A DNA stretch of 64,000 bases from Bacteroidales bacterium (GCA_024762655.1 JANTHB010000004.1:9966-73965), one strand, 5' to 3'; counted from the stretch's first letter, positions 40,649-50,777 are shown. Made by a program: numbers and translations. The notes: generated from the letters alone by a model not told the origin.

Positions 40649-42067
40649 ATGCTTGATAATAAAGGATTCAGGAAATTTGCCCATCAGGTGGTCGACTGGA
40701 TGGCCGATTACTATGAAAACATTGAAAAGTACCCGGTGAAATCCGGCGTAAAACCCGGCGAGATATTTTCTCTCCTGCCGGATGCTCCTCCTGTACAAGG
40801 AGAGCCCATGGAAAACATTCTGAAAGATTTCGAAGAGATAATCATTCCGGGAATCACCCACTGGCAGAGTCCGGATTTCTTTGCCTATTTCCCTGCTAAC
40901 AGCAGTTATCCTTCCGTACTGGCAGAGATGCTTACTGCCACACTTGGGGCTCAGTGTATGGTATGGGAAACCTCCCCGGCCGCTGCCGAACTTGAAGAAA
41001 AAATGATGCAATGGCTTATGCATCTCACCGGTCTCCCCACGTCATTCGACGGAGTCATTCAGGATACAGCATCTACGGCTACACTTACTTCCTTGCTTAC
41101 AGCACGGGAACAATATACCCGCTTTGCCATTAACGATAAAGGATTCTCCGGCACAGAAAAGTTCCGGATCTACGCTTCTGAAGAAACTCATTCCTCCATA
41201 GAAAAAGCGGTTAAGATCGCGGGCTTTGGAAAAGAAAACCTTGTGAAATGTGCTGTGAAGGAAGATTTTAGCATGGATACCGATTTCCTGAAGGAAGCCA
41301 TAAGATACGATCTCAGCCGGGGATACCGTCCGCTTGCAGTGGTAGCCACCCTGGGCACCACCAGCACCACGGCGATTGACCCTCTGAAAGAGATCACCAA
41401 AATAGCCAAAGAATATGGGCTGTGGGTACATGTGGATGCTGCCCTGGCCGGATCAGCCCTCATCCTGCCGGAATACCGCTTTATGATTGAAGGCATCGAA
41501 GAGGTAGATACTTTTGTCTTTAATGCCCATAAATGGCTGTTCACCAACTTTGATTGCTCTGCCTACTTCGTGAAAAACAAAGAAGCTCTGATCCGCACTT
41601 TCGAGATCCTCCCTGAATACCTGAAGACAAGAACGCATGGTCGTGTTAACGACTACCGTGACTGGGGTATTCAGCTAGGCCGCCGATTCCGGGCCCTGAA
41701 ACTATGGTTTGTACTGCGCAATTTTGGAAAACAGAAAATGCAGGAGATCATCCGTGAACACATACGCCTGGCACAAATGATCAGGCAAAACGTGGAAGAG
41801 AGCCCTGATTTTGAACTCCTCGCACCAGTACCCCTCAATACGGTATGTTTCAGATATCATCCTTCCGGCACAGATGAAGAAACCCTGAACAAAATAAACC
41901 AGCAGCTTCTGGACAAATTGAACCGCTCGGGAAAAATATATTTCACCCATACGCGCCTGCACGGAAAATTCACCATCCGCTTCATGATCGGCCAGACGTA
42001 TACCCGTGAAGAACATGTGCGAAAGGCCTGGTCTGAAATAACCCGTACAGCCAGGGAGACAGGCTGA
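40649..42067 (+). CDS. Group II PLP-dependent aromatic-L-amino-acid decarboxylase-like enzyme
   Basis: ITHWQSPDFFAYFPANSSYPSVLAEML and the PLP-lysine context FNAHKWLFTNFDCS. It resembles DDC/AADC-type enzymes along its whole length. Confidence 0.88.
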   Translation: MLDNKGFRKFAHQVVDWMADYYENIEKYPVKSGVKPGEIFSLLPDAPPVQGEPMENILKDFEEIIIPGITHWQSPDFFAYFPANSSYPSVLAEMLTATLGAQCMVWETSPAAAELEEKMMQWLMHLTGLPTSFDGVIQDTASTATLTSLLTAREQYTRFAINDKGFSGTEKFRIYASEETHSSIEKAVKIAGFGKENLVKCAVKEDFSMDTDFLKEAIRYDLSRGYRPLAVVATLGTTSTTAIDPLKEITKIAKEYGLWVHVDAALAGSALILPEYRFMIEGIEEVDTFVFNAHKWLFTNFDCSAYFVKNKEALIRTFEILPEYLKTRTHGRVNDYRDWGIQLGRRFRALKLWFVLRNFGKQKMQEIIREHIRLAQMIRQNVEESPDFELLAPVPLNTVCFRYHPSGTDEETLNKINQQLLDKLNRSGKIYFTHTRLHGKFTIRFMIGQTYTREEHVRKAWSEITRTARETG

Positions 42068-45010
42068 TTATTCCTGCAATCCTGTAGCAATACTCCCGGG
42101 CAACAAAGGCCTGCGCTGACGGTTAATGTGTAAACCGTAAACATTGATACTGAAATCAAAACCAGTACTCACACGGTCCATGTCGGGATTAAATACGGCC
42201 CAAAAACCAAGGCTTAAGGGAAACTCTATCCTGAAAACATTGAAGTCTACTGTCAGTTCCCCGCCGTAACTTTGGAAATTCTTAAGATTTGAATAATCAT
42301 GATTCCGGTAATTGTAGCTCTTTTCCCCTTGTGCCGTTTCATAAAGTAGAGTCCCGGATAAACGGGGGATATAAAGCAATGATCCCAATGAAAAATCGGG
42401 ATATACAATGGGAAAATCATAATGAGCATGGAACGCTTTCAATTTTTCAGACAACCAGTAGTGATATCCCCGGGGATAATGAAGCTGATTCAGAAAATAA
42501 AACCTGGCCGGATTTTGTTCTTCATAGCCTGCCTGCAAAGAAAGAGTATGATGTTTCATGACCCCCGGCAAATACAGCTTACCCTGAAAAAAGGCCATGG
42601 AGCCGTATTCTTCTTTGTCCCATGGAGCATGCAGAAACCTTGTATCCAGAATAAATCCAAGACGCGGAAGAATATCCCGGTGACTCATCTTCAGCAAATT
42701 ATAGTAGTACAACCGGTAGGAAAGAAAAATCCTGTTTTTATTGTATTCATGTAACTGATCCGACCAGACATAGCTATTGGTAAAACGAAAATCCACCGAA
42801 GGCCGTAATCCCCGGTCATACCGGTTGGTGGTAAGGTTTATCGGCACATATGCCTGCATGGTGAAATTACTCCGGGGCGGAAGAGGATCCGGCAAAGGAG
42901 CAGCGGTAGAGTCCTTATAAATCATCGGAGAACCCCCGTATTCTTCCATGAACTTAAAAACAGGATACAGCCCCTGATAAGTCACACTGGTGATAAACTG
43001 ATGCTCATGATCCCTGTATGCATACCCCAAAGAACCTTCAAATGTGCTCAGATAATTCTGAGAATATAAGACCAACCCCGGATAAACAGGAATGTTCGCA
43101 AGACTGATATTATCATAATCAAAGTAAAAAGGAAGCCAGCTATGAACTTTTATTAAATGTGAAAACCCGGAGTATGGTTTCATCAAATAAGCCGAGTCGG
43201 GAAGATCCCGCGTATGAATAACCCCCTTTTCCTGTCCTGATAACGAATCATATATATGAAGCGACAGATCCCTTGCTTTCTCCAGGGGGATCCAGCCGGC
43301 AGGATCAACCGGGATTTCCCCCACATTATACCCGTTCGAAGAATAATCATCATAGACAATTTTCTTTCCGTCTGGGGAAACGGAGACATCCGACGCTCCA
43401 AAGCGCGAACGGGTTACCTGCCAGATGTCACGGTTTGTCGTATCCAGTGCATAAATATTGTCAATCCCCGAATACGTGGCATGAAAAAAAAGATATTTTC
43501 CCGAAGCACTTACCGATTGAATATCATAAAAGGTGGGAGGCAGCCACTTCTGCCATATTCCGGTTCGAACGTTCAGTTCCTGAATGCTTTTTCCCTGGTC
43601 GGATAAGACAATGACCAGCAATGAGAAGCTGTTTTTCCAGGTCGGTTTGAGAAAGGTACTGCTACCGGGAAGGGAAAACGACCTGAGAATCTTTCCGTTT
43701 GAAATGTCCAGAATATCAATAAAATTCCGGTTATCAGTCTCTATTCGCACTGCGGCAATTTTCTTTCCGTCGGGAGAAATATCCGGGGCAAAATAACGGG
43801 CACGCCTCGTTAACCGGTATTCTTTTTGCTCTTTGATATCATATATTTTAAGGTCCGAAAAACTCCGGTTATACCATCTTTCGTCATAAATAGTCTCTGC
43901 CCAGACGATCTTTCCTTTTGCCTCCGACAATCTGACCGGCTGATAATAACCGGGAATATGTATAACACGTTCCTTCCCATTTCTATCGATCAACACAAAC
44001 TGGTTGATCTGGTCCATCCCGGATTTTTCCACCAATACCAGTGAGTCATTAACATATCTTGGAAAACGATAACTGACAAAGGCTTTCTTTTTACGGGTAT
44101 TCAGTTTTCTGAAAGGGGTGATTTCGTTCTCTTTGTCTTTCCCGGCCCATTCATTATGTAAAAAAAGAAAAGTGGAATCATACAACCTTCTCTTGGTCAG
44201 ATTTGCCTGTTTCCGCAAAGACACATTCACTGGGTTTATGAAATAAGGTTTCCTGGCCACCATCGACAAGGCTCTGTCCCAAAGGCCGGCTCCATATTTA
44301 TATCGTGAATAAGCCACCACCTGATAACCATACTCATACTTTCCGGGGACATAATCCTTATAGGAATCCATCAACGACTTATCATAATCCCATACCTTCC
44401 CTCTTTCCAATGTCAGAGCGCGCAGGCCCATTTCAAACGAAGGCAATCTGCCACGACCACTATGCGACAATAAGGTCTCTTGTGTAACCGCATCCCCTTC
44501 CATATACCATTGAGGAACCATCATCACCATACCCCCCGCAGCCATGTCACCGACGAGGTAACTGAATGCCCGGGTAAAACCAACATTCAGTTTCTCCATC
44601 TGCACAACATGCCGTAGCTCATGAAAGGCAAGCTGATTCAAGGCACCATCAGGATAAGAGTTCGGATCCGGGACCGTATATAGCTCTACCCTTCGCGGGG
44701 CCCATACCACCATGCCATTCGAAACTACTGACTGATCATGAACAATCACGGTTATTTTACGCGGATTGCTGTGCAGGCTATGATTTTCATAGGAATAGGT
44801 GCACTCAAAAAGATTGGCCAGATGCTGTGCTTTGGGGATAAAATCTCCGGGGAAAAGAATCCGGTAATGCTTCGTATTGATTTGTTTCCATTTCAGGCCT
44901 GCCGGATCCTGCCCGTTATCATAGAATTGTGCAAACGCATTGATTGTCAGCAGATAAAAGATTATGACCAATCCGCCATCCCGGATAAATATTTTTTTCT
45001 TTCTTTTCAT
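42068..45010 (-). CDS. Large exported protein: N-terminal HExxH zincin-like region, PD40/TolB-like beta-propeller repeats and a C-terminal beta-rich region
   Basis: A signal peptide, HELRH in AFHELRHVVQ, the repeated motifs DISPDGKKIAAV and SVSPDGKKIVY, and an aromatic-rich C-terminal third. Confidence 0.75.
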   Translation of the reverse strand: MKRKKKIFIRDGGLVIIFYLLTINAFAQFYDNGQDPAGLKWKQINTKHYRILFPGDFIPKAQHLANLFECTYSYENHSLHSNPRKITVIVHDQSVVSNGMVVWAPRRVELYTVPDPNSYPDGALNQLAFHELRHVVQMEKLNVGFTRAFSYLVGDMAAGGMVMMVPQWYMEGDAVTQETLLSHSGRGRLPSFEMGLRALTLERGKVWDYDKSLMDSYKDYVPGKYEYGYQVVAYSRYKYGAGLWDRALSMVARKPYFINPVNVSLRKQANLTKRRLYDSTFLFLHNEWAGKDKENEITPFRKLNTRKKKAFVSYRFPRYVNDSLVLVEKSGMDQINQFVLIDRNGKERVIHIPGYYQPVRLSEAKGKIVWAETIYDERWYNRSFSDLKIYDIKEQKEYRLTRRARYFAPDISPDGKKIAAVRIETDNRNFIDILDISNGKILRSFSLPGSSTFLKPTWKNSFSLLVIVLSDQGKSIQELNVRTGIWQKWLPPTFYDIQSVSASGKYLFFHATYSGIDNIYALDTTNRDIWQVTRSRFGASDVSVSPDGKKIVYDDYSSNGYNVGEIPVDPAGWIPLEKARDLSLHIYDSLSGQEKGVIHTRDLPDSAYLMKPYSGFSHLIKVHSWLPFYFDYDNISLANIPVYPGLVLYSQNYLSTFEGSLGYAYRDHEHQFITSVTYQGLYPVFKFMEEYGGSPMIYKDSTAAPLPDPLPPRSNFTMQAYVPINLTTNRYDRGLRPSVDFRFTNSYVWSDQLHEYNKNRIFLSYRLYYYNLLKMSHRDILPRLGFILDTRFLHAPWDKEEYGSMAFFQGKLYLPGVMKHHTLSLQAGYEEQNPARFYFLNQLHYPRGYHYWLSEKLKAFHAHYDFPIVYPDFSLGSLLYIPRLSGTLLYETAQGEKSYNYRNHDYSNLKNFQSYGGELTVDFNVFRIEFPLSLGFWAVFNPDMDRVSTGFDFSINVYGLHINRQRRPLLPGSIATGLQE

Positions 45011-45159
45011 AATGATCCGGCAATACTACCTGTGAAGAAAACAAAAGTACCCTTTTATCTTACTTTTGCTACCATGCATGAAAAAAAGCATTATTTTCGC
45101 CTTAAAATTAAAATAATTTGCCGGCCTCTCCGGTTATTATAAAATTGAATATTGCAAAA

Positions 45160-48100
45160 ATGAAAAACTTCAAACGGATAAACAACATTACAGGCTGGTT
45201 CGTTTTTTTTATAGCCGCTTATGTCTATTTATCCACCATAGAATCAACAGCCAGTCTCTGGGACTGTGGAGAGTTTATTGCTTCTGCCTTCAAACTGGAG
45301 GTAGGACACCCTCCGGGCGCTCCTTTTTTCCTGATCCTGGCACGTTTCTTCACACTCTTCGCAGGCCCCCATACCGAACTGGCTGCCCGCATGGTCAACT
45401 CCATGTCAGCCCTGGCCAGCGCCTTAACCATTTTGTTTCTTTTCTGGACCATCACTCATCTGGCCAGAAAGATTGTTAACGGAGGGTCCGGCCTTTCCAC
45501 CGGCAAAATCATCGCTATCATGGCCAGCGGAGTTATAGGTGCTCTGGCTTACACCTTTTCAGATTCATTCTGGTTTTCTGCCGTAGAGGGGGAAGTATAT
45601 GCCACCTCTTCTCTTTTTACCGCCGTCATTTTCTGGGCAATCCTGAAATGGGAAGAATCTACCGATCCAAAACATGCAGATCGCTGGATGATCCTGATTG
45701 CTTATCTTATGGGCCTTTCTATCGGAGTGCACCTGTTAAACCTGCTGGCCATACCGGCCATCGCCCTGGTCTATTACTTCAAAAAATACAAACCGACCAC
45801 AAAAGGATTGGTCCTGGCTTTGAGCGCCTCTTTTATTTTACTTGTGCTCATAATGTATGGGATTATCCAGGGCCTGTTCAAAGTATCTTCCCAATTTGAA
45901 TTGTTTACGGTGAATACGCTGGGACTTCCCTACAATACAGGGCTTTTTCTCCATATGATCATACTTTTCGGCAGTCTTATTACCACAATCTATCTCCTGC
46001 TGAAAAATAAAGACCTTAAAACCATTTTGATCTTTGCCGGTACGGGCGTTGTTCTGTCCGGTATGCCTTTCATCAGTTCCTCCTTTTTTCTGGACCTTAT
46101 CATAGCAGCCATTCTGGTCTTTGCGGTCATAGCCATCGGCAAGAAAAACCGTCAGACCCTGATGACGCTGATCACATCCCTCACCATGATTTTGATCGGC
46201 TATTCCTCTTTTGCCCTGATATTGATCCGGGCCAATGCCGACCCTCCGCTGAACGAAAACAAACCGGACAATGTTTTCTCCATGCTGGCTTATATCGACC
46301 GTGAGCAGTATGGTACTCGCCCGTTGTTCTTCGGACAGTATTATAACGCACCTGTTACCGGCCTCAAGGAAGGAAAACCTACCTACATCCGGAAAAACGG
46401 GAAATACGTTATTTCGCAATATGCCCAGTCTTATGTGTACGATCCGCATGCTACCACGATCTTTCCACGCATGTACAGCAGCCAGGCCGACCATATTAAG
46501 GTTTATAAACAATGGGGCAAGGTAAAGGGCCATAAGGTACAGGTCACGGAACGGGATGGAACCAAAAAGACGATTGATGTCCCCACGTTTGGAGAAAACC
46601 TTCGGTTTTTCTTCTCCTATCAACTGGGATTCATGTACTGGAGATATTTTATGTGGAATTTTTCCGGCCGGCAAAATGATATCCAGGGGCTGGGAGGGCC
46701 TCTCGAAGGCAACTGGATCAGCGGCATAAAATTTATAGATGAACCCCGGGTGGGCCCTGCGGATAACCTGCCGGACAAATATGCACACAACAAAGCCCGC
46801 AACAGGTATTTTATGCTACCCTTTCTGTTGGGTCTTCTCGGATTGATGGTCCAATGGAAAAAGACGCCCCGTGACTTCTGGGTGGTGCTTCTTTTATTCT
46901 TCATGACCGGTATCGCCATCGTGCTTTATCTGAACCAAACACCCAACCAGCCCCGTGAGAGGGATTATGCCTACGTGGGATCCTTTTACGCTTACAGCAT
47001 ATGGATCGGTCTGGGTGTGCTGGGATTGTTTTATCTGTTCCGGAAATTTCTCTCCGAATCGGTCAGCGCTGTTTTTGCCGGTGTGCTGGCAGTCTCTGTC
47101 CCCGCTATCATGGGCCAGCAAAATTGGGACGATCACGACAGATCCGGCAGATACACCGCAAGAGACCTGGCTTATGATTATCTCAACTCATGCGAAAAAG
47201 ATGCCATCCTGTTCACCAATGGCGACAATGACACGTTCCCGTTATGGTATATTCAGGAAGTGGAAGGGGTACGTACGGATATCCGGGTGGTCAATCTGAT
47301 GCTGTTCAATACCGACTGGTATATCGACCAGATGAAAAGAAAAGTTTACAACTCGGATCCACTGCCGCTGTCCCTGCCACGGGAAAAATACCTGGACGGA
47401 ACCAATAATATGCTTTACATGGTTCCAAACAAAAGCATTAAAGGGTATCTGAACCTGAAGACAGCCATCGATTTTTTGGCCAGTGACAACCCGGGAACAA
47501 AACTCTCCCTGCAAGGTGGAGAAAGAATTGACTTCCTTCCTGCAAAAAAATTCAGCGTCCCTGTTGACAGTGCTACCGTCGTGTCAAACGGGACCGTAAG
47601 TCACGCCGATGCGGACAAAATCGTCCCCGATCTGAAGATCGACATCAAGAAAAACTATATCATGAAAAGCTCCATGATGGTCATGGACCTGCTGGCTCAT
47701 TTTAACTGGAAACGACCGGTGTATTATGTCACGGGAGGTCACGATGATGCCCTCGGCATGGAAGATTATTTCCAGATGGAGGGTTTTGCTTACCGGCTTG
47801 TACCGATCAAAACCCCGAGGGAAGATTATATCAACTACGGAAGAGTCAATACCGACAGACTCTATGAAAACCTCATGCACAAATTCCGCTGGGGCAGGAT
47901 GAACGAACCGGATGTCTATCTCGACTATTATACCCGTAGAACGATAAACATAATCAAGGTGAGGAACGCTTTCAGCCGTCTTGCCAAATCCCTTGCCGCC
48001 GAAGGGAAAAAAGATTCTGCCGTAGCTGTCCTTGACCACTGTATGGAACTACTTCCCAAAGACAAACTGCCGTATGACATCTTTACCGTGGGCATGATAG

Positions 48101-48390
48101 AGGCCTATTACAAATCGGGAGCCCATACCCAGGCAGACACCCTGGCGTTCGATTATGTTTCGGATCTGAAAAAAGAGTTGAATTACTTCTATTCCTTCCC
48201 GCCTAACCTGGCCGGAACCATTGACTATCAAAAGAAAGTAGATCTTCAGATCATGCAGCAGATAAGCATGGCCTGTAAACCTTATAATCCCGAGACAGCC
48301 AAAACCATAGAAAATGATCTGAACCAGTATTACAGGACTTATCTTGAAATATCCGGAGCCGGATTACAAATGGCTCCCGGAAAAAAGTGA
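45160..48390 (+). CDS. DUF2723 family polytopic membrane protein (GT-C-like, protein O-mannosyltransferase-like) with a C-terminal soluble domain
   Basis: The N-terminal WDCGEFIASAFKLEVGHPPGAPFF, more than 10 TM segments and a length of ~1077 aa. The ATG at 45160 (MKNFKR) is preferred to the upstream start. Confidence 0.82.
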   Translation: MKNFKRINNITGWFVFFIAAYVYLSTIESTASLWDCGEFIASAFKLEVGHPPGAPFFLILARFFTLFAGPHTELAARMVNSMSALASALTILFLFWTITHLARKIVNGGSGLSTGKIIAIMASGVIGALAYTFSDSFWFSAVEGEVYATSSLFTAVIFWAILKWEESTDPKHADRWMILIAYLMGLSIGVHLLNLLAIPAIALVYYFKKYKPTTKGLVLALSASFILLVLIMYGIIQGLFKVSSQFELFTVNTLGLPYNTGLFLHMIILFGSLITTIYLLLKNKDLKTILIFAGTGVVLSGMPFISSSFFLDLIIAAILVFAVIAIGKKNRQTLMTLITSLTMILIGYSSFALILIRANADPPLNENKPDNVFSMLAYIDREQYGTRPLFFGQYYNAPVTGLKEGKPTYIRKNGKYVISQYAQSYVYDPHATTIFPRMYSSQADHIKVYKQWGKVKGHKVQVTERDGTKKTIDVPTFGENLRFFFSYQLGFMYWRYFMWNFSGRQNDIQGLGGPLEGNWISGIKFIDEPRVGPADNLPDKYAHNKARNRYFMLPFLLGLLGLMVQWKKTPRDFWVVLLLFFMTGIAIVLYLNQTPNQPRERDYAYVGSFYAYSIWIGLGVLGLFYLFRKFLSESVSAVFAGVLAVSVPAIMGQQNWDDHDRSGRYTARDLAYDYLNSCEKDAILFTNGDNDTFPLWYIQEVEGVRTDIRVVNLMLFNTDWYIDQMKRKVYNSDPLPLSLPREKYLDGTNNMLYMVPNKSIKGYLNLKTAIDFLASDNPGTKLSLQGGERIDFLPAKKFSVPVDSATVVSNGTVSHADADKIVPDLKIDIKKNYIMKSSMMVMDLLAHFNWKRPVYYVTGGHDDALGMEDYFQMEGFAYRLVPIKTPREDYINYGRVNTDRLYENLMHKFRWGRMNEPDVYLDYYTRRTINIIKVRNAFSRLAKSLAAEGKKDSAVAVLDHCMELLPKDKLPYDIFTVGMIEAYYKSGAHTQADTLAFDYVSDLKKELNYFYSFPPNLAGTIDYQKKVDLQIMQQISMACKPYNPETAKTIENDLNQYYRTYLEISGAGLQMAPGKK

Positions 48391-48410
48391 TAAACATAAT
48401 TTTATGCATA

Positions 48411-48446
48411 AAAAAAGAGACATCCGGTGGATGTCTCTTTTTTATT
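48411..48446. terminator. Bidirectional rho-independent terminator between convergent genes
   Basis: A 10-bp perfect stem (AGAGACATCC/GGATGTCTCT) flanked by an A-tract and a T-tract. Confidence 0.75.
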
Positions 48447-48476
48447 CGGTCAGGTTAACAAAAGGAATATCCAAAA

Positions 48477-48923
48477 CTATTTTTCCTGGAATTTCCTCAC
48501 CCCCTCTGCTTCAATAAACTCATTCAGTGTCTTAAGTAATGTATGCGGTAAAACCGGTTTGGTCAGATAAGCATCGCATCCCGTCATAAAAGATTTCTCC
48601 CGGATTTCCCTGGAAGCATACGCCGTTACCATGACTACCGGAATTTTAGGATATAATCTCTTGACAAAACGAGTTGCATCAATGCCGTTTTTCAAAGGGA
48701 TCAGTACATCCATGATTATAATGTCAGCCGGGTCTTTTTCTTCCTGCACATAATTCACAAAATCCAAACCGTTTTTTATCCATACAATCCGGATCCCGGT
48801 TCTTCGCAGTAAAGACTCAAAATATTGGTAACTGGCCTCATCATCTTCTACGATAATGAGTTTTTTATCTTTCCAGTCTATTTGGAAATCGTTGTATACC
48901 ACTGAATTACGCTGAGATGACAT
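48477..48923 (-). CDS. Stand-alone response regulator receiver domain (CheY-like)
   Basis: The acidic pocket IVEDDE, the phospho-acceptor context IIIMDVLIP, then VTAYAS and LTKP. There is no output domain. Confidence 0.85.
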   Translation of the reverse strand: MSSQRNSVVYNDFQIDWKDKKLIIVEDDEASYQYFESLLRRTGIRIVWIKNGLDFVNYVQEEKDPADIIIMDVLIPLKNGIDATRFVKRLYPKIPVVMVTAYASREIREKSFMTGCDAYLTKPVLPHTLLKTLNEFIEAEGVRKFQEK

Positions 48924-49108
48924 TAATTTATTCCGGAACTTAAATTATGAAATAGAAACATTACATAAGCAACCCTTCAGAAATATTTATTCACAGCACA
49001 CTGTTAATAACTCAGAATCCTTCTGAAAATAAACCTTTTATACATTTAAAAACATCTGACCGCAAACGCATTTCCCCGCAACACTATGGAACCTGTTCTG
49101 ACAAGCGG

Positions 49109-50659
49109 CTATCTGCCCTGTATCAGGGTTCCCCTACGTACTTTGTTATCCAACCGGTTTACAAAATTCTTTAAAAGAAAAGTTCTTCCTGTCGGCGGGT
49201 GAAAAACTTTCAGATCATATCCGTCAAGCCGGTAAGTGCATTCCCTGCTGATCTCTTTTCCATCTACATAAAGATAATAAGTGCCGTCATGCAAGGCCCG
49301 CCACCGGATCTTTTCAGGCGTAGCGCCCGCATTTTGTACAGGGAGCGTGGCCTGGGTTTCTTTTTGTTCGTTCACAGGGACTGCCTTCCTCCAGGTTTTA
49401 TCCATCAACTGAAAAAAGTCAGTTAAACGGTAATGCAGATTATTCACCGGATCACGAACCAGAAGATGGTTTCCCTCCCGTTTATAGGTAATCCTTTTGC
49501 TGATGTCTGCCCCGTTCAAAGTTACCCAGAGGTTTCCGGAGGGGTCAGCCATCCATAATATCTCGCCATTTGCAGGAACCGGTTCATTTTGAACAGAGGG
49601 GGTATTACCGGCCGTTCCTTCTGTGGAGCGATTATCTTGTACATAAAAATCGGCCTGGGTGGCCGGGAGCTTTTCCGCCGGACGATATCGGTCGTCCCGG
49701 TTTTTCCAGTAATTCCTGAGCAAATATCTTTCCCTTGTTTGCGGGTTTTCAGCAATCAGATCATTACCGAAAGGATAGGTTTTCGGATTAATCATTTCCT
49801 GACCATTGATTTTCATAAAGATATCCTTTTGATTGGCTTTCCAGAAAACTCCACTTTCGGTATTCCCGGCATGGGTGGCAGCGATCCGGGAGGCCAACTG
49901 TACCTGCGTAGGTTTGAAATAAAAATCTCCGGTTAAGGAGGATGATTCCCAGGGAACCTGCTGACTCTCACTTTTCCGCATTACTTCAATCCGCACATTC
50001 TTGAAAACATCCTCTATTTTCAAACCGGGCCGTTGTATCTGGTACAGCAACTCCTGCGTATAAAGTCCGTTCACTCCGGAACCGTCCAGCGCAGTTTTTC
50101 CGGGAGAGGTAGCATAAGCAATGATCGTACCGGCCGGAGCATTCATGCTTACCAGTCCCTGGCGCGTCGAACGGAAACTCCTGGCAAAAGGATTGTTCCG
50201 GCAGGCATCCAGTACAATGATATTAACCTTCGAATCTGCCGCATCCATCAATGCTACCACAAAACCGGCATCAACACACTCATACTCTACTTCCTCCTCA
50301 TTATTGATTTCGGCATTTACGGGGACCAGAAAATTATATCCGTCTTTCTGGATACCATGACCGGCAAAATAGAACAACCCCACATCATAGTTTTTTAATT
50401 TCTGGCCGAACTCACGGATCACCCTCTTCATCTCCGTTTGGTTGGAAACATTTTCCCGTAACATCACATCAAAACCAACGCTTCTGAGAGCCCGGGCCAT
50501 GGAACGCGCATCATTGACCGGATTGGGCAACGGTCCAGCCAGATAATCCCCATTCCCTATTACAAGGGCCATACGCTTCTCAGAAACTGTTTCCTGGCCG
50601 CAAAGCAAATGCGCCGGAAAAAAGAGTGATATTATCAAAAGAAAAACAAAACGTCTCAT
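49109..50659 (-). CDS. Exported caspase family (peptidase C14) protein with three C-terminal ~60-aa repeats
   Basis: A signal peptide, the His motif YFAGHG (H101) and the Cys motif VLDACRNNPF (C153). Repeats lie at aa 271-330, 367-428 and 451-512. Confidence 0.85.
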   Translation of the reverse strand: MRRFVFLLIISLFFPAHLLCGQETVSEKRMALVIGNGDYLAGPLPNPVNDARSMARALRSVGFDVMLRENVSNQTEMKRVIREFGQKLKNYDVGLFYFAGHGIQKDGYNFLVPVNAEINNEEEVEYECVDAGFVVALMDAADSKVNIIVLDACRNNPFARSFRSTRQGLVSMNAPAGTIIAYATSPGKTALDGSGVNGLYTQELLYQIQRPGLKIEDVFKNVRIEVMRKSESQQVPWESSSLTGDFYFKPTQVQLASRIAATHAGNTESGVFWKANQKDIFMKINGQEMINPKTYPFGNDLIAENPQTRERYLLRNYWKNRDDRYRPAEKLPATQADFYVQDNRSTEGTAGNTPSVQNEPVPANGEILWMADPSGNLWVTLNGADISKRITYKREGNHLLVRDPVNNLHYRLTDFFQLMDKTWRKAVPVNEQKETQATLPVQNAGATPEKIRWRALHDGTYYLYVDGKEISRECTYRLDGYDLKVFHPPTGRTFLLKNFVNRLDNKVRRGTLIQGR

Positions 50660-50759
50660 TAAATAAAATTTAAAATTGTAGTCAGAAAAACGACAATGAC
50701 AACATAATGACTGTAAGTTACAAATTTTTCATTTTCTCTTTCCTATATATTCCTGAAAT

Positions 50760-50777
50760 TTATGTTATATAACATAA
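50760..50777. promoter_or_regulatory. 18-bp perfect palindrome TTATGTTATATAACATAA in the divergent caspase/OMP intergenic region
   Basis: It equals its own reverse complement when read directly. The half-site AACATAATG also occurs at 50701..50709. Confidence 0.3.

Noticed and set aside
42065-42070. Abutting stop codons of convergent genes (decarboxylase and the 980-aa protein); similarly only 9 nt separate the genes at 60596/60606
   Set aside because: It is a real observation but probably just compact gene packing. No terminator structure is visible that would suggest regulation.
45838-46788. 316-aa ORF antisense to the DUF2723 gene
   Set aside because: A shadow ORF inside a well-supported membrane protein gene, with no domain signal and no promoter context.
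48477-50659. Reading the caspase-receiver pair as an intracellular abortive-infection or antiphage module
   Set aside because: The caspase has a clear N-terminal signal peptide and so is probably not cytoplasmic. No sensor (NACHT, STAND, TIR, CHAT-associated and so on) or nuclease partner is present. It is kept as a finding, but without a defence claim.
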